Notes under the pieces: model-generated
The model's database searches: none
What the model was told of the DNA's origin: nothing
What the model saw: the letters and a program-made list of their open reading frames with translations, nothing else
Translations under genes and position numbers: made by a program
From: Amoebophrya sp. A120
Lineage: Eukaryota > Protista > Dinoflagellata
NCBI GenBank assembly: GCA_905178155.1
Contig: CAJINV010000005.1
Coordinates: 6,980,356 to 7,044,355 of the forward strand
Direction: 5' to 3'
DNA length: 64,000 nt
Part shown: positions 1 through 14,000 of the stretch, in pieces
How positions within the stretch are numbered: position 1 is the first letter of the stretch
How the letters are laid out: the number at the start of each line of letters is the position of its first letter

Positions 1-187
1 ACACAGCAAGTAGAAGTAGGACTAGAACTACACCAGCAACAGAAGTACATCAAGCAACGTCACGACGAGGACCCATGATAAGAGTTTAGCGACCCTCCAC
101 CTTATATCACAGATTTAGTATTACCGCCGGGCTGACCTCCGCAAAATAAACGTGACGATGCTGATACAAACTCCAACCGGGAAGCCG

Positions 188-3100
188 ATGAAGCTGAAGG
201 CTTACATCAGGCCACTCCTGGAGTACGTTCCGGAAATACAAGCGCCGGAGAACAAACTCCCTTTCTACACAAGAGCCAGCTACACGATAGGATCGCTGTT
301 GGCGTTTTTAGTGGCATCACAGTACTTGTTAAATAATAGCTCCCTGTTTATGTTGTTCCTCTTCGCTGCAGTTGCATTTCTCATACAGCTGCTTTGGCAC
401 AAAGTTGTTTTGATTTGTCGACGCATAATTGATGTTGACGGCGTGGTGCACATGTGTGTCCACCCCACTATACATGAAGCATGAACATCAAACGATATTT
501 TCACGAAAAATAACAGGATTCCTCTCTACGGTCTCGCAGCCGGCGGCGCGGGAAAGAATGACCCGTTTTACTGGCTCCGAGCCATTCTCGCGTCGAATAG
601 GGGGACTTTGATGGAGCTCGGAATCGCGCCCATCGTGACGATATGAAATGCAAAAGCATCGTACTAGTATGAACTGCAATACAAGTTGTCTCAGCATGGG
701 AAATAGAATTTGTAATGCTGATTGACCTTAGAAAAAAGATTTGCAATGCATAACTGCAGTGACACTTTTGCATTTCATATACGACAAGCATGATACTGCA
801 GTTTCTCGCCGGGTCGAAAATTATCGAACTTGACCAGAATAACCGGGAGGACAGGATTATCTACGCCGCCGTGCAGAAGCTCGCCGGTTTGGCGTTCACC
901 GCGATACAGGCCTTTATGTACGTGACCAGCGGAATGTACGGAGCGCCATCAGTATCCACAGTAAATTTCCCGTACGCGTACAAATGCAGTCTCTGCATGA
1001 GAAAACTGGGCTTCGATCCTAGTTTAGCATGACGAATTGGTGCAATTTGTGATGCATCTTGTACATGTACGGGCAAAATTTGTATTGCATAATCAGCGTT
1101 AGGCGCGTTTAACGGCGGCGCGATCGTTTTCCAGCTGACAGTAGCCGGGTTTATCGTGTTAATGTTGGACGAGGTGTTGACCAAAGGGTGGGGAATCGGC
1201 TCGGGGATAAGTCTCTTCATCACGACATCGATCTGCGAAACCATCGCATGGAAGGCGTTTTCCTTGGCCAGCGTGCAGACACGTATAGTTTATGATTACA
1301 GGAGAAGCTGCTTGGGATAATCTGTTTCAGCCCGATTTTTTCTTCCGTCAAGTTTATCTCTCTTTAGCATGTAAATGTATTTATAGCGTGCTACACGAAG
1401 CAGAGAAGCGGTCCGATCGTCTGCTACGACTTTGTGATGCAAAAATGCATGATGGTTGTTCTATCTTCGGATAAATCACGAAAAACCACCACAACAGCAA
1501 ACGGAGTGATGTTCGAGGGCGCAATCTCCAGCTTCATCCACCAGCTCATCTTCACAAATCACCGGCTTTCCGCCATTCTCGAGGCCTTCTACCGACCATA
1601 CGGAGCCAACATCACAAATTTAATCGCCACAGCAATCACCTTTGCGGTTGTGGTGTATTTTCAGGTACTATAACAAGTGCTCCTGCGAGCAGATGTTGCC
1701 CGCAGGCAGAGAATCCGTGCGCAGATACATGTTACTATCTTCAGGCAATTTCAATTTGTGAACTCGTGACGAATCCAATAAGAAAAAATAACATTTTGAA
1801 ACTTCGCGGAAATTGTTCTCTTCCTGGTAGTGTGTATGCTGACATCAACATGTAGACATCACAAACACTAAATCTTGACTGTCTATCAGGGGTTCCGGGT
1901 TGACCTCGCCGTGAAGAGTCAGAGGGTACGAGGGCAGACTGGAAACTACCCCATCCGCCTCTTCTACACGTCTAACATGCCAATCATTCTGCACTCAGCG
2001 CTGGTATAGCTTTTTCTCTTGTAGTTATGTCTGCATGACAGATTGTGTGACTCATTGGTGGTTTGCATGACAAATAACCGACGAGGACTTTCATCAAATT
2101 AATGGGGTGGAAATTAATATACAAAATCAAAAACCACCAAAACTTGATGTAACAGATCTCCAACGTGTACTTCTTTTCCCAACTCCTCGCCCGACGCTTC
2201 CGCAACAATTTCTTCGTGGGGTTGATCGGCCAGTGGCAGGAAGTGGAGTATTTGAACGAATCCATCCCGGTCGGAGGCCTGGCCTACTACCTGAGCCCGC
2301 CCGGCGGACTACTCGACTTCTGCTGGAACCCGTTCAGATCAGTGATGTACTGTATCGCAAGAAAAAACTGTTTCACTGTGAACTTGTGATGCAGAAAATG
2401 GATCGCAGAAGTGAGTGTCATGCCACACATGCAAGACAATGGATTTCTAGCTGTGTTTTTCCTTAGGAACCCCGCATGACAGATTTTCAGTGTGGTCACG
2501 CGTAACAAACTTGTGATGCAGATTTTGCAAAATCACCACAGTGAAACATTTTTTTCGTGCGATATACTGCACACTGGTCATCACCAGCTGCACCGTTTTG
2601 AGCAAGCTGTGGATTGACAGTATTCAATTTTTCGCTTGTCTTTGTATAGAGCCCTTCGTAAAGCAGATGCTGAATTGCATCTTTCTATCAAAAGCAGCTT
2701 GATACCCAACGCAGGCGTGGTTTTTGTCATGCACAAAACGGAAAAGTACGTACAATAAAAGAAAACTAGAAACAAAGTAAACAAAATCCCACAGTTTCCG
2801 GCGAAGCCCCCCGAGACGTGGCACGAAAGCTTATCCTGTGCAAAAGTATCGTACTCGTATTGCAATCCTGCATTACAAATCTTTTTGTTGAGGTAGATCT
2901 GCATTACAAATTTTATTTTTCATGCTGAGGAAATTTGTAATGCATTTATACGAGTGCGACACTTTATTTGCACTGCATAAAGCTCCGCGAGCAGCAGCTC
3001 ACCATTGTCGGCTACAGAAGTGAATCACTCACCGATGTCTTGAAAAAGTACATCCCGCAGTGCGCGGCATTAGGCGGCGCCATGGTGGCGATCTTGACCA

Positions 3101-3231
3101 TATTCGCGGATTTGGTGGGCTGCCTAGGGAGTGGAACTGGGATGCTGTTAGCGGTAAATTTCACCTACACCTATATGGAGCAATTAGCCCGGGAAGGAGG
3201 CGGACTGCCGAACATGGGGCTCTTCGCGTAG
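188..3231 (+). CDS. SEC61A: Sec61 alpha (SecY family) translocon subunit, 10 exons
   Basis: Joined exons give [94 protein letters not shown]. Five GT-AG introns (322-516, 1283-1497, 1665-1889, 2004-2155, 2620-2794) and four TIR introns. Confidence 0.95.
642..779. mobile_element. Introner-like non-canonical intron, family A
   Basis: TIR tatgaaatgcaaaag/cttttgcatttcata; TSD gacga/tacga; removal gives IVT-TSMILQ. Confidence 0.9.
953..1091. mobile_element. Introner-like intron, family B
   Basis: tatccacagtaaattt...aaatttgtattgcata; TSD atcag; restores GAPS-ALGA. Confidence 0.9.
2353..2564. mobile_element. Introner-like intron, family C-like
   Basis: tatcgcaagaaaaaa...ttttttcgtgcgata; TSD tactg. 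Confidence 0.9.
2832..2979. mobile_element. Introner-like intron, family A
   Basis: tatcctgtgcaaaag...ttgcactgcata; TSD aagct; restores VARK-LREQQ. Confidence 0.9.
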
Positions 3232-4498
3232 TAGAGTAGAAGTGGCGAGTTGTTGTAAAGACAAGTCCGACCCAGTTGTAAGAAAAAACAATGTCTGAAC
3301 TATGTGCGCCGCAGAAGCTTTTTGCTGTCGCGTATCGAAACCCAATGATGTGCTGAGTACTTTGTTGTCTCTCGACGCAACTCCAACTTTTTCAAATGTA
3401 ACGACAAGGGTAAAAGAATGAAGGATCATTCATTTGAATTTTTTTGGTCTTAGATGTAGTTGTGTCAACGTCCCTCCATGTTGACATTGTAAAACGCATG
3501 GCACTTAGTCTTCAAGAATCGCGGTCACAGTTGGCAGCGTAGCAGTATTACCAACCAACCAAGAAAACAACTTACTACTCTCCCTGTTGTAACGTACCGC
3601 GCACCTCCTCCTACGATGCGTGACTGTGAACTTGATTTCAATAGTTTTTGTGTGTGGCTGCATGGGCCGCGCTCGTCGAGTACTAGGTGCTCCTACTTCA
3701 AAATCAAAAATGTAAAAATTTGTTCTTCATTCGTCTGCGCCGATAAACGAACGAGAGATCATCGGCATCGACCACAAAGGGAGTTGTCGTGATTAAAAAA
3801 ATACACTGGATCAAAAAAGGTGTTATACTCAGTCGGTCTACATGTACACCTTGATCTTGCAACTTGATCATGGAGACGTTGTTCACCTCAATCTCACTTC
3901 ACGATCACAACAAGCGCAGCGTAAATGAAAAGTACAAGTACAACCGTGAAGACCCTCGCTGAGTAAGGCAGGACGAGGATCAGGATCTCTCTTCTGTAAC
4001 GATGTAGAGGTACAACAATAACAAAGAAAAACAACTCAGGTCAGCAACGAAAGGTGGATCTCTTGACGTAGTTCCAAATGGCAAACAGTTCCAGGATCTT
4101 CAGAAATTGATGAAGTTGAACCGATCAAATGCGATGCTTGAAGATGCGCAAGATGAATCTAAGACTACAACGACCTTCATATGATATTCATCTGCACCAA
4201 ACATTTACAGTGACACTTGTTGCACCTGTTTGCCACTGGAGGACAACTTTAATCACATCAAAAGTAAAACTTGAAGCCAAACTGAAAGATACGGCAGTAT
4301 TCTATACTAGGTAGTCGCATTTATTGGAGATCTCTACTGCTACTATTCATTTTCTCTTCGTAAGCGTAACAAGTGAAGGTTGGAAGTACTCTTTTTCAAG
4401 GAATTTTTTTTCACTTTTGGAAAGACCATCGTCATAACCTGCTGTATATCGAAACTGCATCACAAATTATACCAACTTAATACACATCAAACAATAAA

Positions 4499-7399
4499 AT
4501 GTCCCACCTGTCCGTTGCTTCCACCGCGGAGCCGGCGGAAGCGGCTCCGGCCGCCGACCCGGAAGCCGTTCAGAACAACGAAAACCACGAGATCGACTCC
4601 GTGATTCCGGATGACCCGCTGGAAAACGAAACCCAGGCGCCGGAGGAGAACGATCAGGAGGGGAATGACGACAACGAAGATGACATCAATTCCGTCCCCC
4701 CGCCACCCCCGGAGGATGAGGAGGAACAAGAAACCGGTGTTGCAGCTGGTGGTAATATGTCTACCAACCAGCTGAACGCTGACGCTGCGGAGTTCACGAT
4801 GGGAAATAGTAATCAGGACCAACAAATCGCTAATATGAACCCGAATGTGGTGAGTATGATGGGGAATAACAATATGCAACACCCTATGGCAGGAGGCGAG
4901 AACAAGAACAATCACCACCGGCAGAAGTGGAATCCGATGCACTTTGTCGGGGAGTTCGAGGACTCTCTCGGCCACCGGATCACCTCCGTCGAGGTGCCGC
5001 CGCGGAACCCCACTGGACCGGGTATGAAACAGCCGGAGCCGTCCTTTCACGCCCACTTTGTGGCCAGAAATCGCCCGGATAAGAGGTACTGATTTGATTC
5101 TTCCTATATCAATCTGTTGCGATTGCTTCTGCTTGCATGACAGGGACTGCTTGCAATGGAATGTTCTTACGCATCAGAAGTTAGTTGTGCATCGAGATTT
5201 TTGCATGGAGATGTTCATGGGCTAATAGCATGAGAAACAAAGGTCTTTATTCGTTATGCGAATACACATACACATCGACGAAACACAAAAACAGGTTCGT
5301 CATCGCCCGGAAGCAGGTGATGCGATCGCAGAAGCGTGCTTGGATGTGCGGGAATGGGTACTTTTGCCACCAGCTGTCCAACCCCGACCGGATTGTCTTT
5401 CAGACCATCGATGGACGGGAAAACGTCTGGACGAGGCTGCCACCGGTAGAATTTTTGTTTGTCATGCAGTAACAGGCAAGAGACGCACGATTTCCGTTGC
5501 TACAGTGCTAGTTTAAGTAGTCTATGTTTATTGTGTGCTTCCTTTTAATATTGACGTTCAAGTTTGTCATGCATAATAGCCACAGCACTTCGAAATATTA
5601 AACGACGACACTACATCACACTATCAGGCCGGCGCCGTTTTCTTCGATCCGCCCCCGAATCTGACGATCGACGTGGATGCCGCAATGGCGCAGTGGCGCG
5701 AGGAGCACTTGAAACTTCTCGAGCAGAAGATGACGGAGATTCATCTGGAGGACGAGCAAGCGATTGCGGAGAAGGAACAACAACAACAGCAAATTTTGAC
5801 CGAAAAGAACGACACGACCGAACAACAAGAACAGTTGCAAAATAACGTTGAGAAGGTGGAAAATATTAACGCCGTCCAACGGAAAGAAAAAAACGACAAA
5901 AATACGACCGAAAAGCAGGCATTCAAAACTGGCGAAAGCACACCCTCAACAACTCCGGATGAGGAAAGCAAGGAGGAACCTAGTGCCACCGAAAACAAGA
6001 AATCCGACGACACCGAAGCCACTTCCTGGGCAGCAAAGCTGAAGAAGTCAACAGAGACGAAAGCGTCCTCATCAACTGCTACGAAACAGGAGAAAAAGGA
6101 CACCAAGCCAGTCCCCAAAGTCATGGAAAACGTAGAAAAGTCATGGCCACCAAAGAAATGGGCGGCCAATGCCAACGCGGAGGAATTTTTCCCGGCTTGC
6201 TTGGAATTGACCCGACCAAGAGTAAGCGGGAATGCGAAGCAGGTGAAGGAACTACAGGTAAGTATGAATTAATCTTAAATAAACAGATAAGTACCACTGA
6301 CTAGAGGCTTAAAGCGACGAGCTTGCGATGTATATTTTCCAAACATAGTTAGAGATAGAACCGCGAGTAGCATCATCTTCTTTGTAGTTGTGCAGATTCA
6401 AAATCAAATTTGACCTACTTTACTAGTTTGTCATGCATATTATCCGAAACAAAAAAAAACTTGTATCAGGTCCGAGCGGTCTCTGATGTTGGGATGGGCA
6501 ACCAGATGTTCTCCGAATTGCAGTGGACGTTGGAGGAAAAGTGGAGCCAGTTGAAGAAGAATCCGACGGATTTCGCAGTGGTGTCCCCGCACTTCTCAGT
6601 CGGCGTCGTGGAGAACGTATTTTTGCTTTACATACTGTTTGTACTTTTTGGCAGTACAGAGTCAGTTTGTCATGTAAGAAGAAGCATGAGAGGCTAATAT
6701 AGAAAGAGCAGCCAACATCCGCGCTTTATCTACCAAGAAGCCCAATCGTATCGCTATCTTGTATGGAAAGACTCAATACTCTGTCGTAAATGAAAAACAC
6801 AAAACAACTATCAGCTCCAACTTTCCTTTTTCCCGTCCGGGAGGAAAGCCAGCGGCAAGAAGTCGAAGCACACCTCGCTCCAACTGATCACGGGCGATTT
6901 GCAGGAGAGAGCCATGGGCTTGGAATTGGAAATTATGATCAACGGCATTCGGTGTGAAACCGCGAAGAAGACGGTTAGTGGAAGGTTATGGATGTGTCAG
7001 AATCGAAATCGTCAAAGTTGAACTAGTTTGTCATGCATAAAATGCAACGCAGAAATTGTCTCTATTGCAGAGAACGCAAGAGAGGCAGACTGTAAGCCTG
7101 TCGAGGGGCAGAAATAGAGCTGCCCAAGTAGCATGACAAAAGGCGTCGACCTTACCCAAACAGCATGACAAACTGGATTTAGATTCTACCCAAATTTGTT
7201 ATGCGCTACTTGGAAACTGGGCTGCAACTGGCCTCCACTTTACGCATGGCAAACTATTTCAACTTTGTTGATTTCGATCCTGACGCTTCCATAAAGGTTC
7301 ACCGGGGACTACCCGTCTATGGATGATAAGACGGAGGAGGTGAAGATTTGCTTGAGGATAATCAACTTGTTTAAGGACGAAAAAAAGATCGAGAACTAA
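4499..7399 (+). CDS. Multi-exon hypothetical protein with two PAM2-like motifs and a coiled coil
   Basis: ORFs 4499-5092 and 5673-6272 linked by GT-AG introns (e.g. 5086-5293, 5446-5627); QLNADAAEF and ANANAEEFFP resemble PAM2; last exon follows the TIR intron 6987-7293. Middle exons approximate. Confidence 0.6.
6987..7293. mobile_element. Introner-like intron, family D
   Basis: tatggatgtgtcagaatcgaaatc...gatttcgatcctgacgcttccata; TSD aaggt. Confidence 0.9.
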
Positions 7400-8481
7400 G
7401 AATGGTTCTCGTACTTCTCAGGAACAACGGACATCACGGATTTTGTTTCCAATCAACGCATTATAGAATTTCACAACAAGAAATCAACTATGATGTGGAA
7501 CTGGGGTCGCCTGATTACTCAACTTTTTGACGACCGAAAGATCGAAGTGTAAAGGTTTTGGCACTAATTGTATGCAGAATTGGCAGGGGAGGAAAATCTG
7601 GAAGACTGCAACGATTTTACGGCACAGTGATGACAAAATAAAGAGAAAAATCTACTTGACTCATTTACGCGCACGAGAGAAGATGAAACTTTTTATACTA
7701 AATGCATATGAACGCGTGATTTATTCGTAGGATGATGGGAGGAGGAAGACTGATTTTTAGAATCAAGGGCTTAATCTAGCGCTACACACTTTTTAGACGA
7801 CCAACGGCAAATAATGAAATTCCTATACCGGGTTTTTCGTTCCGGACGAAATATTAAGCCACTTACAACGCACTTTGATCAGTCTTTTTAGACATGGAAA
7901 AGCTGAAAAAATATAATTTCGGAGGGCAGCCGTCCCGCTCGCGGTTTTGGCCCCTGGGTATGAGCAGCCCACTTGATTGTTCCAAAGATGAAGATGTTCG
8001 CCTTGTTTGTATTGGTCGTCGTTCTACTTCGTTTCAGTTCTATCGTTGAAGATGTGCACGTGGTGTTTGACTAATTGCGTTATCAAGGTCGTTCGTTGAC
8101 CGTGAGAAATTCCACTTTCGTTCATCTTCCTATGTAAGTACCTAGATACAAATCGTCCTGTCCTTGCTCACGTCGTTCTCCCTGTCGTCGCCGTTCTCAC
8201 AACATCCCGACCGTTCTCAAAAAGCAGACCTGTCCACGTCGTATTCGTTTTGGTTTTTCAGAAATAACACGAAGTACGAGTTCCAACACTGTTCTAACAT
8301 AGACTACATTTCATCTCCGTTGTTGCAGGTTCGGCTACTCAGAGCGCCCTCGTGTTTCTTCTTCGCTCACGCAGAATCAATTACAAGAACCCTGCGTGTT
8401 GCATACGCCACCACATAGTAGCCCTCGAAATTGTTCGCATTCATTTCCAGCCTGTTTGGAGATTTTCTGTTTCTCAGAAAG

Positions 8482-9901
8482 ATGGTCGTACATCTATCGA
8501 AGAGTAGAGTCGGCAAAGCCACAGCCGTGTTGGCACTCCTGTCGCACACCGCTGTCTATGCCGATCCAGCCCCGGTACAACAACCGGCGGAAAAGAACGG
8601 AAGGCAACTACCTGAAATAAACACCTCGGCGGACAATCGTATCCTGAAGCCGAGACTTCGTGGGACGTTGCGGAAAAGAGAACTGCTGGAAGAGGCAGCT
8701 GCATCAAACCTGCTTCCAAGTAGCAACTTGATGCAAAAGCAGGAACTTCTGCAAGAACTACAGCTGCACAAGAAAGAAAACGACGGCGCACTCGAAAAAT
8801 TACAACGAACCTCCGAGCAAGAACTCTCCCCCAAGCCGCGCCTCCGCGGCACCCTCCGGAAGCGAGAACAGGAGCAGGCCGCGGCGATGTCGGCGGCTAA
8901 AGTAAAACTACAGGACAAGTTGGAAGGCGAAGGGAACAAGCCGACGGCTGCAAATGATGATGCAACAGCAACTGCAAGCAATTTGATGCAGGTGATGAAA
9001 CAGCAGGAGCTGCATCTTCACAAACACGATCACGGAGTCGTGCCACCGCAGCAGCTCCAAGACCACCTCGTCCAAGCCGGCTCGAACGAAAACATTTCAC
9101 AAGACCACCTTGTTCCCAAGCCCCGGCTCCGCGGCACTCTGCGGAAGAGAGCGGAGAGGGAGATGAAGCTGAAAAGCGCGCCGGACGGTGGTGCGGAGAC
9201 GAAAGAACTACTCACAGTCCCTGCTACGTCGGACGACAATGTGACGGAACAGCATGAAATAAACACCAAAGTCACCGCCAGCAGCACAACTTCAACTTTG
9301 CAAAAGCTGGAGCAACGGGAGCAGCAAAAACACGACCTTCAGCAAAACCACAAGTTCGAAACATTTATGCTGGAATCAAAGAGTTATCTCAAGGAGAAAT
9401 TCGAAGAACTCTCGTCGTCCATGGGCAAGAAATTGGACGAAATTGTCGACGATTACGTGCAGCCGTTTTTCAAATCCGCGGAAGAAAAAACCGTGGAATT
9501 GGCAAACGAAGCGCTCACTGGGGCCGTGCAATCTTTCACGGAAACCACGACAAACGGCCCGGATGAGGGCAGCTTCTGGGCGAGGTTTCAGAAACAAGAA
9601 TTCGCGGAGGTATGACAGTGCACAACTCCCCTTCCCCTTCATTTGTCATGCAATATACCCAGTCCACCCTTGCCTTTGCCACTTGGCACTGTTTGCATGA
9701 CAAGTTCTGCTTCTGGTAGCTTAAATAGCACTACTATAATGCTCTAGTGCAAATTTGTCATGCAAAACCACCAATCTTGTTGATGCTTGTATTGCTGTGT
9801 ATGGTATACAGATGAGGGGAAGGGGGAATTGTGCACTCTCATACGCGGGCGGGTTCGGAGATCAGATCGGGGACGAGGTGGTGGCACTGGGGCGGGTGTG
9901 A
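8482..9901 (+). CDS. Hypothetical secreted Q/E-rich protein with 3x KPRLRGTLRKR
   Basis: 394-aa ORF with a hydrophobic N-terminal segment (TAVLALLSHTAVYA); short final exon after the intron at 9611-9843. Confidence 0.7.
9611..9843. mobile_element. Introner-like intron, family E
   Basis: tatgacagtgcacaactcccc...ggggaattgtgcactctcata; degenerate TSD ggagg/cgcgg. Confidence 0.85.
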
Positions 9902-11007
9902 GAAGAAGTAGGGCGAGGCAGTTAAGTACTGGCTAAGCACGCGAATGACCGTTGCAAAAGCCAGCGGAGGTTTCGGAATTTCGCGTTCGTTGGCTATTTT
10001 TTATTGAGCTGAGCTCCTGTTCCTTTCCCTTTTAGTATTTTTGCATATTTTTAATTACATACTTATCATCCCACCGAGATCGATCCCAAACCCAACCTAC
10101 TTTGAAGTCATCAAAAGGAGATTTTCTCTAGGTTTTCCAAGAACCTTTCTGATGAAAATTGCTACTCTAGATGAGACCACTCCCCCTCAGCAGGCCCAGA
10201 GGACCATACAGCACTACCCCGCAGTTGACATTTATGTTTGGCGTCGCCGTTTTTTTTTTTGAGAGAGTCAAAGACAAAGTTTTGACTGCGCCCTCCCCTT
10301 GATATTAAGTAGCATCCTGACAGGAAGTTGTAGAACACGCATTTCCCGCAAACCACCCAAGAACACGCATTTCCCGCAAAAAATAGTTTGTGATGCGCGG
10401 TGTTGGTCGTCTGTCCTCGCGGGGGAAACTTAGAGGCCACATCACTGCTCGGCGTTCTTCGTTACTGGCTGTGTTCTTCCGGAAATATTTGAAAAGCAAA
10501 ATAAGACCTTGACAGCTAGCATGACAGTCTGACAGAACCTGAAGAGCTTCTAATGAAAGCAAGAGCCAAGAACTACGTCTTTTAGATTTGAGCGAGAGGG
10601 AACGAAGAGTATGCAGATAGAGGTTGCCTCGTATACATAGTGTAGTCTGCACCAATCAAGAACGGAGGCAAGTAACAAGTAAGCACTCGATAATTTATGG
10701 CGGTAAGAAGACGAGAATACACCCTCAGCTACTTGCACGGTGCCCCCTAACCTTCTCGTAATACGTTGCAGTACTTACGCGCCTCTGCTCCCGCCCAATT
10801 TTCTACTTGCATAAAATTGCAAAATGCGGAGCAAAAACACCATGCCCATGCGAGGGCGGTGATTAAGAACATGCCGTGTTGACCACGACTCGTCGGTTAG
10901 AAATTGTGATATGCCTTCTAGCGCAGATTTTGAGACGCCACTTCTAGCCCGTTGGTCGTGGAGCTAGTTGCTCAGAGGACGAGGAGCTCAAACTTACAAA
11001 GAACAAG

Positions 11008-14000
11008 ATGACCGAGCCGGCTCCTCCGAAGCCGAACAAGCAGCACGTGCACATCGTGGCGGAGATCGGCATCAACCACAATGTATCCTGTACAAACGTA
11101 TCGTACTCGCATTGCAATCATGCATTACAAATCCCTTTCTTAAGCCAAATCTGCATTACAAATTTCATTTCTCATGCTGCAGAAATTTGTATTGCATTTA
11201 TACGAATACGATTTTTTTGCAATGCATACAATGGGGACATTGAACTCTGCAAGAAGCTGATCATGCTCGCGAAAACGGCCGGGTGCGACTCCGTGAAAAT
11301 CCAGAAGCGAAACCCCGATGTCTGCGTTCCGGAGGACCAGAAGCTATCAAATGCAAAAATGTCTGGGTCTGGAAGAATGCAAGACTTGCCATGCATATTT
11401 CTCATGACCCATGATGCCTGTAATGCATTACCTAGCATCGCAGACTTTTACAGGGCTTCCTGATGCACCTTCCGCATGAGAAATGCCCCCTCCGTGTAGC
11501 ACAAATTGCACCCCTCTTGCTGGTCATGCAATACAATTTTATTTAGAGTCTACAAACAGCATGACAAGTTGCAATCTTCCAGACCCAGACACTTTTGCAG
11601 TTGATAGAAACAGAAGATGCGCGACACGCCGTGGGGGCGGATGACGTTATCAACTGCAAAAATGTCTGGGTCTGGAGGGATGCGAACTTGTAATGCTAGC
11701 TCTCCATACCCAGGAAATCTGTATTGCATAGCCAACAATGAAAGTCGCAGCCTCTTTTGTACATGCAAAAACGCAGTATCTCATGCGGATTTCCTATGAG
11801 AAAGGGAAAGCGTTCTCAAAAGTTGTCATGCTGTAATGCATGCGGAACTGTTTCCATCATCCACATTTTAGCATCACAAGTTTCCAGGCCCAGACACTTT
11901 TGCAATGCATAGACGTATCTGGAATACAAGTGGAAATTGGAATTCAACGAAGAGCAGATCAAAGAGCTGATCGAGTACAGCAAGTGGATCGGGATCACGT
12001 TTTTCGCTTCCGTTTGGGACATATGCATTGCAAAACTGACGTACGTACGTAGAAATTGCATTACAAATTTTCTCAAGAAGAAAAATACAATTTGTCATGC
12101 GTGTTCAGGTAGAGAAAGAGAATTGAACTTGTCATGGATAGCTGCAATTACTACGAGTACGATACTTTTGGAGAGAATAGGACAAGGAAAGCTGCGATAT
12201 GATGTGCAAGTACGGCGGATTGTCGAAAATCCCCTCGGCTTTGATCACGGATTTGGAACTCTGCGAGTACGCAAGGAAAAAGTTCGAAACGCTGATCATT
12301 TCGACCGGTAAAGTTGAGAAGAGTTACGCGGTGATAGACATTGACATAGATGATTTAGGTTTTTGCATCCGCGAAACAGAGGCATTGGCTTGTGATGCCT
12401 CTGCATGATAGATCAGTCCAACAGCTTTACTGACCATTTTCGAATGTTTCTGTATAAGGAGTACTCCTGCATGACAAACAGCACAATCCAAAACTCTTTA
12501 GAAAACAGGTATGTCCACCGAAGAGGAGATCGAGGCCTGTGTGAAGGTGTGCGACCCGGATATCATCATGCACACGAATTCGACCTACCCGTGCCCCTAC
12601 GAGGATTTGAACCTGCGGTACATCACGCACCTGAAGGACAAATACCCGGAAAAAATCATCGGCTACTCCGGCCATGAGTACGGATTGGTTACCACATTTT
12701 GCGCGGTCGCGCTCGGCGCGCTGTACGTCGAGCGACATATCACGTGGGATAGGAACATGTGGGGGTCTATGGGAGTGTCAGAACCGAAATCGTCAGAGTT
12801 GAAATGATTTGTCATGCACAGATGGATGCCAGTTGGAACCCAGTTTCCAAGTAGCGCATGTCAAATTTTGGCGGTCCTTCAATCCAGTTTGTCACGCTGT
12901 TTAGGCAAAGAAGACGGATTTTCCCATGCTACTTTAGCAGCTCGAGCTCTAACCCCAAACAGGCTTACAATCGGCCTCACTTGCCTGCTCTGCAAGACAC
13001 ATACCCCGCGTCGTGCATTTTATGCATGACAAATCATTTCAACTTTGTCGATTTCAAACCTGACGCTTCCATAGGGTCGGATCAGCTGTCATCCGTGGAG
13101 CCGGCGGGGTTGTTGAAATTAGTGAAGGGCATATGCAAGAAAAAAACTGTGTAAGTGTAACTCTGTAATGCAGAATATGCAACAGATCTACGCCTGTCAT
13201 GCCACACAGCCACGAAGTCCTTTTTTCATGTGTGTTTTCCCTTACAAGCCGCGCATGACAGGTTCTCTCTGTTATGTAGACTAAATTTGTGATGCTGTCA
13301 GCCAAAGAGAGTTGCACTCACACAGTTTTTTTCTTGGATAGGGCATCCGGGATTCCAGCGAGTCGTTGGCTTACGAACCATATGGTTTGCTCAAATGTTA
13401 CAATCTCAAACGTTACAATAACATCATCTCAAATTTTCCTGACCGAACATCATGAGTACTGTACAGAGACTTGGGCTTTCGCGATACAAATTTCGCGAGA
13501 TAATTCTCATGGGGTTGGGAGCTCCGAAACTTGTCATGCGTGCTCCTGTGGGAGTCGGCCAGATGTTGCGCATCGTGCAACACAAATTCCAGATTCTATG
13601 GTATACCGATTTGAGATTGTAACACCTGGGCGGGTTATAAACTAGGGCCGAGGATTATGCAACGTAATTTTCCCGTACATGTACAAAATGCATGACAAGC
13701 TTCACCAATGTGGAGTGTAACACTTGTCATGCTAAACTAGGACTGAAGCCCAGTTTTGTCATGCAGAAGCCACATTTGTACGTGTGCAGGAAATTTACTG
13801 TGGATAAGGATTCTGTTCGACCGGGAAAACTCGAAGAAGGTCAGTTTGCGCCCGCAGCTATCCTGTGCAAACGTATCGTAGTCGTATTGCAGTCATGCAT
13901 TACAAATCTTTTTGTTAAGGCAAATCAGCATTACACCCCCCACGCTGAGGAAATTTGTAATGCATTTATACGAGTACGAATACGATACTTTTGCAATTTA

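Noticed and set aside
11008-11463. Cys/His/Met-rich peptides such as CITNF, CHA and FVMQ in many short ORFs
   Set aside because: Translations of the introner GCATNACAAA motif, not protein domains.
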